Assembly (NCBI GenBank): GCA_964016885.1
Contig: OZ024740.1
Coordinates: 198,276,001 to 198,340,000, forward strand
From: Eledone cirrhosa
Taxonomy: Eukaryota
DNA: 64,000 nucleotides
Reading direction: 5' to 3'
Part shown: positions 52,683 through 64,000 of the stretch, piece after piece
Layout of the letters: every line of letters starts with the position of its first letter
How positions within the stretch are numbered: position 1 is the stretch's first letter
Position numbers and translations under genes: made by a program
Notes under the pieces: generated by a model
Told to the model about the DNA's origin: nothing
Database searches by the model: none
What the model saw: only the letters and a program-made list of their open reading frames with translations

Positions 52683-55600
52683 TTATATATATATATTTAT
52701 ATATATATATTTATATATATATATTTATATATATATATGAGGGTAGATATAGATTCAATTTGTATTAGTCTTTTGTAAATATGATAAGTAAATTCGCACA
52801 TATGCGGAGGTTACATTTACCATGTTGTGCCATACGATTACCCCTGTTAAGCGAAAATAAATTAAACCATTTATAAGAATGTTATAATTACATGACTTAC
52901 TTAAATTTTGTTGCCCCAAATCTATTCAGGTTTTCATTTCATAATAATATATTATCGAAAACAAGAAACGACATATCACAAGGAAATACATATACAGGAT
53001 AATGAAAACAATATCGAAAATTTTGATTAAAACATAACCATACTAGATTTGGATTTCATAATTTTTTTAGTTCAATATTCATTGAATATTTTCTGTTGTT
53101 ATATATTAAAAACTTATTTCATACAATATTCTTATAAAATGGTTCTCTGTAGAGAAGCTTTCATATGTTGTCTTTAAATGTCACAAATTCGATTATTCTA
53201 AAGTATACTCTAGCTGTCAAATAACTAAAGCAGAGTCGTGTCATCTTTGAAAAGAAAATCAATAAGCTATCATAGAAATAATATACGTGATTAATCTTCT
53301 ATTGTCAGTTTGTCAATTATATTATTACAAAGAATCGTATTGCATTCTTTTAATCTGTCTTTGGCGCTATTTTGTGAGAAAAGTTTGAACAACTGGGATC
53401 CTGGCAGCAAAAGAGAGAACACTGGTGGGGGTGGACATGTGAGGGGGGGGGGGGGGTAATGAATAAGTATGACAATGAAAAAAAATCATTTTAAAATAAT
53501 ATACAATGATGATCAAGGTAGTGTTAGTGCTACTGGTCGTGTGGTGGTGGTGGTGGTCGTGGTGGTGATGGGGAGATGACAATGTTGGCGTATATAATCG
53601 TTGTTGTGGTCGTCGTGGTGATGATGATGATAATGATAATGATGATGATGATGAGAATGGTGGTGATGATGATGGTGATGATGATGATGATGATAGTGTA
53701 AATAAGAAGTGCGACTGCGCTCACTACTATAACGACAAAGACCGCATTGGTGGCGACGAAGAGGAAAAAGCAGAAGGAAAAGAAAAAAAAAAGAAAAAAT
53801 CAGAAAAAAGAGAAAAAAGAAACAACAGAAAAAAAAGGAAGAAAAAAAGAATGAAGAAGGAGCGGAAGAAAGACTGAAAAAATAAATAGAATTAAGCAAA
53901 GAGAAAAAAAGAAAATATATAGAAAAGAAGATAAAGGAACGTATCATGAAGAAAAATGAAAAAGAGAAGGGATGAAAAGAAAAAGAAGAAAAAGGTTAAC
54001 AAAGGAAAGAAAGACGAAGGGAAGAAGAAATTTAAAAAAAGAAAAGAAGGAGACGAAGAAGATGAGATACAGAATATTGAATGTTTACTGGAGGTTTAGA
54101 TTTACAGCAATAATTTTAGTGAGGGTATCGGTCGGTTAGAGTTACAGCAACAATTTTATTGAGGGTATTGAAGATTTTATGACGTTCATATTTTATCAAA
54201 GCTGTCCAAATTTCCTGGATAAGTTCCACGGTCATCTGTGACTACCACTTCCTCTTATTCTTCCTTGGATACGAGCCAGAGTCTGGAGAACAGCTCATCT
54301 GAGTCTACTAGCCATTATTATATTTCCTTGGTTGTTATAGGAATGGAACTTTACGTATTAAAAAGAAAGTCAATTCTATATTACTGAATATTTTTTAAAT
54401 CAAATTGAGAAGGATTCAAACCTAGTAGTATGAAATGCAAGCAGATTATATAATACAATTAGAACTCATAACTGGGTATTCAGTTCGCTAGGCCAGCTCT
54501 ACCTTGTGAGCTTTCTATTCCCAGTTATTCGTCCCATTCTCCTAGTTAATCGCCTCATTTTCGCAAACGAAATAATTTCCACTGACATTTGAGTAGGCAG
54601 AAGTATCTACTTTTTAAAGTTTATTGCTCCGTCTATTCTAAAAAAATAAATAATAAGTCTGCATTTTCCCTACACTTTCGACACTTTCCCTGCCAGCATA
54701 TGATAGGTCATCAAACCGTACACCTCTCTCTACCACTTTGGATCATTCTACAACACTGCTACATAGCAAAGGTGTTTAGCAGTTTATCTATAAAATAAAT
54801 ATATATAAATAAATAAAAAATAATAAATAATAAATAAATATATCTATAAGTCGTACGGAACTATATAATTACATTTAATTCTAAAAATTTATATAAAACT
54901 GTGACTCTTTAAGATTGTGTTATGTGTCTTTCATACGTGTGTTACCGAGTTAGCGTTAATGATAACACCGGTCATTTTTGTGGTACGTCCTCCAGCTACA
55001 TTACTATTCAACATAGATTAATGGTTGTAAATGGGAATTGAAAAAAATAGCATAAGTATAGCTGCTACTTAAAGCAATGTTATACTTAGTTTCGTCTATA
55101 TTAGTACTGGCTGTAAATATCATGACACAAGCAATCTGCATTATAAACTGTAAATGCAGCGATGTGGTAGAGCCAGTAGATCATTTGTTAGAAGGCATTG
55201 TTGCATTTGTTTTCGTTGCCTGTGCGTTGAGCTCAAATCTTGCCAGGTCAAATTTACCTTTCACCCTTTCATCTTGATTAATAAAGTACTAGTCCAGTAC
55301 TGGGATAAAATCTTCATTCATATCTATTTCTTATTTTCTCTCTTTTCATCTATTTCTCCGGAAGAAATCGGGTGTGGTCCGAGCTGGAGTGGGATAGGCT
55401 TCACTAGGTTTAAATTGTCAGGATGGCCTCTTTAAAATCCATAGATCAAATAGCAATACTATGGAGTATATAGTCATTTGAAGTTCTCTTAGATTAGTAA
55501 TACTTATAGAGATAATGCATACCCGTAAACTGTAAAACATTGCTGGAACTTCGTCGGTTCTAACGATGAATGTTCCTGCAAATTGATCTACGAAAAGACC

Positions 55601-56016
55601 ACTTTGTGAAGATAATGTATAGGTAGGTGAGCATTTCACAGACACGTATAACCTTAACATATGTACATAACTCCATACATACCTCCTGTCTATATAAAAG
55701 ACCGATAAACCAACACCACAATAGTGTCGTCCTCTAAGTGAACCTGATAACATCAGTACAGTTGATACAGAATGCACGCTGAACTATAAGAACCAATGTA
55801 GACTGCACGTTGAACTGTAAATAACCAAGTAAACTTCATGTTGTACATGTCTAGGCAGACAACACGCTGAATTGCAAATGGCCAGGTCATAATCAATATT
55901 CTATATTTACTTGGCAGACTTGCCAACCTCTTAAGACCCAAACGGAGAGTCCATGAAAAAAAAAGAGAACCCCAAAACAGGGAGAAATGAGGCAAAATGG
56001 TGAGATTTTACATAAT

Positions 56017-56111
56017 TGTTTCTACGTTAGGCACAAGGCCAGCAATTACCCAGTGTATTACTGGTACTTTATTTTATCGACCCCGTAAGGATGAAAGGCA
56101 AAGTTAACCTC
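56017..56111 (-). mobile_element. tRNA-SINE, 5' truncated, 17-bp TSD
   Basis: TSD gtgagattttacataat at 56000-56016 and 56112-56128. Confidence 0.9.
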
Positions 56112-56947
56112 GTGAGATTTTACATAATGAAAGCTATATCCATTTTCACAGGAAAAGACATTTCTCACCCACCCCAAAGTGGGTGGGAGATCTCCCCGCC
56201 CGACGGGGAGAGTTGACAGGTTTGAATTAGTCTATAAAGTGAAAGCGAGAAAATAATTTATTAAGAGAGAGTGGAAAACCAACTCTAGTACTGGTATTAA
56301 TTCAGTGAGAAAATCGACATTCTCAGAATCGGAACTCAGTGCATAGTAAGACGGAACATATTTATCAGACGGCTTAACGACTCTGCCAACTAGTCCTGTT
56401 GGGTATATCCTCTTGCGAGACAATAATTACGAGTCTACAATTATTCGATAAAATCGTTAAATGCCATCTCACCGATATATGCTAAATATTTTGTTTTCCA
56501 TTTTTAAAACAATAAGACTATATCGACAGACAATCCTATATCTTTAAATTTTCTTATTTACACAATTCATAAAAGAAATAACATTTACCAATAGTTTCTT
56601 GATAGTTCAATATAGATTCATTTATAAAATAATGGATGAGTATTTGTAAATACCGATTTGATGTTTTCTTTTCTTGCATTGCATATGAACAAGTAATTGT
56701 AAAAATAAATTAATTTTCAGATAAGAAAGTCTATTAAAGAAAAAACACTTTCATATAGAATAAAAATAGATAGAATAAAATAAAGTATAAATAATGAAAT
56801 TACTTTCTGTAATAAACTAAATCAAATAGAGATATGAGAAGTAGTTTTAATATTTAGTTCCAGCGAAATTTCGCTCGGACTTCTCACCCACACATACACA
56901 AACGCGCGCGCATACGCACACATACAAACACACACACACACACACAT

Positions 56948-56984
<37 letters not shown>

Positions 56985-56989
<5 letters not shown>

Positions 56990-57156
56990 AGATTCAGAAC
57001 CCCGACCCACCAGTGGCCTAGTTCAGATCTAGTTGTCGAAACGACCGGAACTCAGCCGTCGGGGTCCTGAATCTTTTCATATTACCCACTCTACTACCCC
57101 AAGATCGAGTACTCTGGTACGTTATGGTCCACCTGATATCTTACCACATCCTCTTT

Positions 57157-57190
<34 letters not shown>

Positions 57191-57250
57191 CGGATCAAGC
57201 TGTCGAAATGGCCGGAGCTCAGCCGTCGGTGTGCTGACTCTGTTCCTATA
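56985..57250 (+). mobile_element. Two short diverged pLTR-end fragments related to 58300-58446
   Basis: gtcgaaa..ctcagccgtcgg..attacccactctactacc; each flanked by TA. Confidence 0.75.
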
Positions 57251-58253
57251 TATATATATACACGTACACAAACACACACCATTTATTTATCTCGAATTTA
57301 CTGATATTCTAATAGGTAGAACGTTTCTCAACCAAACCATTTGCATGAGGACGGGGTCTTACATGTTATTTATATATATAATGTGATAACTCAATTGAAA
57401 TAGTTCGTGTTTTGGCCCTTTGTCGGCTCCGACGATGAGTAACCCAGCAGTTCGATCAAGGGTATAGCTTGCTCGTGAAATAAACGAGAAAGTCATTGAC
57501 AATTCTATTGACATGTGTACCCATAACATACTTTTCAGTGACATTGTGCCAAGGCTAGGCCTTTGAAATATAGGTACAATTCATTTTTTAGTTGAGTAGA
57601 CTGATAAAACGTAAACTATAATGTTATCCGCAACAGAATTTAGGATCGTGAGCCTAAATCCTAAACCCTAACTCCTAAACCCCAACGTTCACGTTGAATT
57701 GTTTAGAATGTGTAGTTTTAGTCGGAAAACGATCGGAGTTGAAATGATATTAGAGTCGACAGAAGTTTCCTCACAACATATATAGCAACCATACATTATA
57801 ATCGTTTTTAAAGTGTTAAGGACTTCGCATGACAAACATACAAGTGAAACCTTCTTAGCATATATTTCAATCTTCGCATATGTTTTACCTTTTCAATTTC
57901 TAAACGGTTAGGTTGCTTCGTTTCGCTAAGAAGCAGCCTACACGTTTCTCTAGACTTTGTGTCTGTTGAAATGGCAGCATACACAGGATGGTTAACCTCT
58001 ACAACAGAATACCGAATATGTAATTGCGATTTAATTTCAGCCACACAGGGTAGAGTAACTAGAATATAATCTAGAAAGGAAGAGCAAACAAAGAACCCTG
58101 AAATAGTCCTTGTGAATGTTACCGAATTTGTGAAGATTGACTATTAACAATTTAAAAAGACAGCAAAGAATGGCTTAGTTTCCTAACTGATACCGAAAAT
58201 AAAGTGAAACTCGACTGGCACGGGTGTATGTATTTTCAGGATTACCCTCACAA

Positions 58254-58301
<48 letters not shown>

Positions 58302-59135
58302 CGAAGGAAATGTAGTAAGGAACCAGATGGACCATAACGCACCAAAGTACTCAATACTTAGGGACTTAGGGTAGTAGAGTGGGTAATAGGAACAAGTAGG
58401 ACCCAGACGGCTGAGCTCAAGCCGTTTCGGCGGCTAATTCTGGACTAAATGAACATTTTTATCCTGGGAAATGAATAGCCGAACTTCTCAGGGGGTAATT
58501 CCATATATGGTAAAAGTGATTGTCACAAGGATTGGTCAAAAGTTTGTTGTTGAGACACATGATTCTATCATGGCATTTTGTAGGAGGTAGGGTAGCTGAA
58601 CTTGCCAGTAGAAGAAAGAGGGAGAGGGAGTGGAGGAAACCCAGTCGAGCGTTGAAAGTGACAACTACAGCAGATTCTAAGGATAGAAGGTCGAAAAACG
58701 TATACTAGAGAAGGGGAGGGGGGAGGAAGTCGAAACAATAAGTAAATCTATATCGAGTAAATATATAGAAAAATATAAAAAAATATTAAAAATTAAAAAA
58801 AAACAATTTCTGGTTACTAGACGACAAAGAAGGAGATATGCGGGGGAAGGACTAGGAAGGGATGGGGCAAGAAGGAAATATAGAGGAAACGATAAAAAAT
58901 ATAAGAAAATATATACAAAAAAGTTACGTCTACCTTTGTAAGCAGGGTTACCCATTACAAAGTCGGCAAGTGGGGTGTTTCAGGCCTTGTTATTATGACT
59001 AAGTCTGGCGTTTTGCTTAACTTTTGGTATAACGCGGTCTAGGATTTTTTTACTGAATCTCCCTATGTCAGATTTCGTTGGGTTTATAAGCCTGATACCT
59101 GGTTTACGGTCGAAATCGAATTTGTGGTCCTTCAG

Positions 59136-60480
59136 TGTGAAGGACTTAACCTATGTGTCAACACCCAGGAAGTAATCTCATGGTTCAGCAATATGGAGGA
59201 CAAACGAGACACAAAATTCATCCAGTTTGACATAGAGAGTTACTATGCTTCAAATACCTTACCGCTCCTTACGGCCGCCTTGGACTCTGCCGAGACACTT
59301 GCGCCCATCACCGACCAGGAAAGAAATATCATCCTCCTCGCCAGGAAGACAATACTACTTTTCGAAGACAGTCCTACTAGTTAAACTCACCGATATGTTT
59401 CCTGCATTCAGCGGTGGATTATACCGTGATGATGGGCTCCTTACCCTTAATGGGTACAACCCCAGTAGTACAGACCGCGTCCGTAAACAATTAATCAGCT
59501 TCTTCCGCGACTGGGGATTTAAAATAACCCTACAAACGTCCCTAACCCGAGTAAACTTCCTGGACGATAACGATCTGTACTACCCATACAGGAAACCAAA
59601 CGACAACCTGCACTACAGCCACCGGCGGTCGAACCATCCTAGAAACATCACCAATAACCTGGTTAAAAACATCTCCCTCCGCATATCTCGTTTGTCCGCT
59701 AATGAGCAGATATTCGAGGAACGTGCGCCTTACTACAACCAGGCCCTCAAGCGGAGTGGCTTCAGGGAGGAAATATCCTTTTGTCCAGCTTCCCTTAGCG
59801 GAATCAGCAGGCGACACCGCCGCTCACGCAACGTAACATGGTTTAATCCTTCCCACAACGCCGATGTGACATCACCTATCGGGAAAATCTTCTTTAGGCT
59901 CACCGAAAAACACTTCCCACTACAAGACCGCTAACACGACATAATCAACAAAAATACCATCAAACTCTCCTACAGCACCACACCTAACTTTGCACAAAAC
60001 ATCGTCTCCTCTAACAACAAAAAACTCAACCCCTATGGAAGAAATAACCTAGATAGCAATGGAGAGCCGACCAGGTCGTGTAACTGTCCTGATGGATCCC
60101 TTTGCCCCCTCGACAACAAATGCAGAGATCTTAATGTGATCTACCAGTGCAACGTGAGGACGGATACCTCCAACAAAGCTTATATAGGACTAACCGCTGG
60201 TGACTTCAAGACTCGTCTATACAACACAGACATACTTTCCGAAACCCGGCTCGGCGTCACGCCACTACACTTTCGGGCCACATCTGGGACCTCAAAGATA
60301 ACAATATAACCTATAATCTCACTTGGAGCTTACTGTCCAGAGCCAACTCTTACACGGGAGGACGCCGTCCGTGTAACTTATGCTCGGAGGAAACATTACA
60401 AATGGTGTTTTCGACGGACCAACTCCTAAACAAGAAAGACGAACTGGTAACTGCATGCAAACGCAGATTGCGTAGGACTT
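59136..60480 (+). pseudogene. PLE RT + GIY-YIG ORF, frameshifted and internally deleted
   Basis: NTQEVISWF, FIQFDIESYY, GLYRDDGL, SNHP, WFNP, IKLSYS, CNC..CPL..KC, VIYQC..YIGLT..FKTR. Confidence 0.92.
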
Positions 60481-61723
60481 ACCTCGCCCTCAAACCCCAT
60501 AATTTCCTGGGGGTGGGGGGGTTAGACAAGGCCTGAATCACCCCACTCGCCGACTTTGTAATGGGTAACCCCTGCTTACAAAGGTAGACGTAACTTTTTT
60601 GTATATATTTTCTTATATATTTTTTATTCTTTCCTCTATATTTCCTTCTTTCCCCATCCCTTCCAAGTCCTTCCACCTCATATCTCCTTCTTTATCGTCG
60701 TTCTTCTCACCTTCTCAAACAACCCGAGGCAGCCCTTCGGTCCTCTATAGACTCATTACCCCCACCACCCTTATTTCATGACCGATTTGTCCGATTCCGG
60801 TTTTTATTGCAGATGTGCTAGACCCCAGATACTTGCTTTCTTCTCTGATTGCTGCCCCATTTCCGTGATTTCTAGATTTCTTAGTGGTATTTCTGCTTTA
60901 GGTTCTCGTATATCAGTATTTATTTTATTTGGGGTGGGGGAGGGGTGGGGGTGGGGGATTCTGAATTAATTTTTCGTATTAGTTTTTCATATATATTGTA
61001 CGAGCATTTATGTAGATTGGATTCGAATTTATGTATTGTAGCAGTATTTATATATATTGTATTAGTTTTTTATATTTATTGTATGAGTATTTATGTAGTT
61101 TGTATTAGAATTTATGTATTGTAGCAGTACCTATATATATCGTATTAGTATAGATGTTTCGGGTTTCTGAATTAATATTTCGTATTAGTTTTGGGTCTCT
61201 GAATTATTATTTCGTATTAGTTTTTTTTAGTATTTTGGCCCCCTACTTGTTGACCTGTCATTGTAACATCGATTTGCCCGATTACTACTAACTCATAAAA
61301 TTCTTTCACTACAAATTCGTATTTAGTATTCCGTCCCACCTATTAAACTTTTCTATAGCTTAGCAGTACCAGTGAGAGATTTGATGATTGTGTAAGGGGA
61401 CTAGTAACCATAAATTGTTTTTTTAATATTTTTAATATTTTTAATATTTTTCTATATATTTACTCCATATAGATTTACTTATTGTTTCGACTTCCTCCCC
61501 CTCCCTTTCTCTAGTATACTTTTTTCGACCTTCTATCCTTAGAATCTGCTGTAGTTGTCACTTTCAACGCTCGACTGGGTTTCCTCGACTCCCTCTCACT
61601 CTTTCTTCTACTGGCAAGTTCAGCTCCCCCTACCTTCCACAAAATGCCATCATAGAATCGTGTGTCTCAACAACAAACTTTTGACCAATTCTTGTGACAA
61701 TCACTTTTACCATATATGGAATT

Positions 61724-61819
61724 ACTCTCTGAGAAGTTCGGCTATTCATTTACCAGGATAAACATTTTCATTTAGTCCAGAATTGGCCGTCGAGGCGGCT
61801 TGGGCTCAGCCGTCGGAGT
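61724..61819 (+). ncRNA. Hammerhead-like motif with CUGAGAA core (better-preserved copy 58401-58496 minus)
   Basis: actct-CTGAGAA-g..cggcta/tggccg..-GA(AA/GG)-cggct/agccg-TC-ggagt. Confidence 0.65.
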
Positions 61820-61897
61820 CCTACTTGTTCCTATATATATATATATACACACATATATATATGTATATATATTAATATGGACGTAAGATATATATAC

Positions 61898-61969
<72 letters not shown>

Positions 61970-61988
61970 GTAAGATATATATACATAC

Positions 61989-62037
<49 letters not shown>

Positions 62038-62054
62038 CATACATATATATATAC

Positions 62055-62245
<191 letters not shown>

Positions 62246-62289
62246 GAGAGAGTGGGAAATATGTGTGTCTTTATATATACATATACCTC

Positions 62290-63225
62290 ACTCTTATATT
62301 TTACAAATTATTATAATTAACTTTTTAACATTTTTTTATAATTTAGTTAACCTATAATTAGATATTTACTACAAAGATTTTCATAATTTTATTTCCCTCT
62401 TGCAGTTCACTTTACCTAAAGTTATCTTTAACCTCACTACTTCCTTTAACCGCATCCACTATTTATCACATTTAATACCTGGGATTAGTAAATATAATTA
62501 ATATCTTTAATATTATGGATGTTTAGATAGATACACTACTTTTTATAAAATGTTGTCTATTTCAGTTTTTCTATATATATTTTTTATTTTTCTAATTTCT
62601 TTACTTCTTTATTTATCACATTCATAAGAATTAATATAATTTTAATTCTATATATATACCTATCAATTAATTTAATTTCCATTTATGTATCTAGGTTGCT
62701 TGAAATTTAAACAGGAGTAGTATTTCTCACTAACACTCTCATCCCATAAATTTCTTTCCCTTCACTTTTAACAGCATTCTTTAATAACTTCAATTTTGGG
62801 GGAATCCTTCAATATCTCCTTGACTTTACCTCATTTTAATCCCTATCTCTCTCTTCACCATTGTATTCTTTTCATTCAAAGCATACATTTACATTCTTCC
62901 ACTCCTAGCATCAAGTTCTACTACTGTTATTCTATTAACTTGACCTCTAACTCTTTTCTATTGGTCAATTCAAAATCTGTTCCCAAGCAGACATTTTGTA
63001 TTAATACTTTGTTTCTTTCAATAAACATACTTCATCATTTATGAAGATGTCATATATAGGTGAAGGTATGTATATCTCCTCCGATAATTTGTAATATTTT
63101 TACATAGATCTTTAAGATGATATACATACCAACACACATATATATCCCAGAAACGATCGTAAAATGATGATTTTTTTTCAATATAAGGAACCTGTTCTTT
63201 GTTTTTATTTCATTGTTTTATTAAT
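62290..63225 (+). mobile_element. AT-rich 3' end / pLTR of a PLE family; hammerhead at 63032-63170 (C3 mutated)
   Basis: 62900-63225 is homologous to 47140-47460. Confidence 0.7.
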
Positions 63226-63238
63226 TTATATATATATA

Positions 63239-63295
<57 letters not shown>

Positions 63296-64000
63296 TGGAA
63301 ATCCCTGGTACTGGACGGACATATATATATACACACACTGGAATTCCCTGGTACTGGACGGACATAGAATTATAAACTAACTTTCGACAGGATAAATAGG
63401 CTGAAATAAAAACAATGATAAACCCCTATATTCCTGCAGCAAATTGCATTTGCACAGAGACCTTGAACAGAAGCCCCCTCACTTCACCAGACAATATTTC
63501 TTTATATGGATAAATTGACAATCACGGTAACTACGTATACCCTCATTTCCATGCTCGTATATGTCTCTCTATATATATCTCATATTTCATTGTACATATG
63601 TATCTCATTTTGCATCTATGTATTTGATGTATTTTTTGTATTTTTCTTCCGTATTTCATATTTTGTATTTTGTGGTTTGTTCCATCTGATAGAGATATTA
63701 ACTATGTATTCGCCTAATTACTACGTTCCATACTTATTAATATAATTTAAACATCTCCATATTTATTAGTGATTATATGTACATATGGCACTACAACGGA
63801 ATTGGCTGTCAGAAGTGAAAGTAGAAGAATGTGACGTCAATCTGACGTCATTCGTCAACCTTCTCAATCGTCAAACCTTCGTTTATTTCCGTATCACCAC
63901 CACCACCATGTGTAAATAATTAAATTTTGAAATCACCACGTTGATACAAAACTTAGTTTTTCACTTTGGGGTAATACACGTATTTGCAACTTTAAAAATA

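Larger units (their letters stand above)
58300..61833 (+). mobile_element. Penelope-like element (probably Naiad clade) with an inverted, internally deleted left arm
   Basis: 58300-58990 mirrors 60526-60700 and 61400-61833; ORF remnant between; (TA)n on both sides. Confidence 0.92.

Noticed and set aside
53530-54065. His-rich and Lys/Glu-rich apparent ORFs
   Set aside because: (TGA/TGG)n and A/G low-complexity DNA
63289-63365. 35-bp tandem duplication (similar ones near 32665 and 54095)
   Set aside because: Ordinary slippage-type duplications without further structure

Overview
Eukaryotic, very AT-rich, microsatellite-saturated intergenic or intronic DNA. The SINE families resemble those of octopus, so a cephalopod origin is inferred. 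No host protein-coding gene can be supported, and almost all listed ORFs are (TA)n/(CA)n/(GA)n translations. The window is a transposon graveyard. It holds decayed Penelope-like elements (two probably Naiad-clade, plus endonuclease scraps), a 5'-truncated Tx1/L1-clade LINE, a near-intact 5'-truncated CR1-group RT ORF, R4/Dong, RTE and mariner remnants, about 12 tRNA-SINEs, and Helitron/piggyBac/Kolobok-like MITEs. The striking signal is about 30 type I hammerhead-ribozyme motifs, found by eye, from roughly 18 unrelated short non-coding element families, nearly all inserted in (TA)n tracts. Many of these elements have an inverted head followed by a terminally redundant or tandem unit of 388-538 nt, as expected for Penelope pLTR derivatives or non-LTR retrozymes. 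Several carry non-canonical catalytic cores shared between copies. Coordinates were read by hand and may be off by a few bases.
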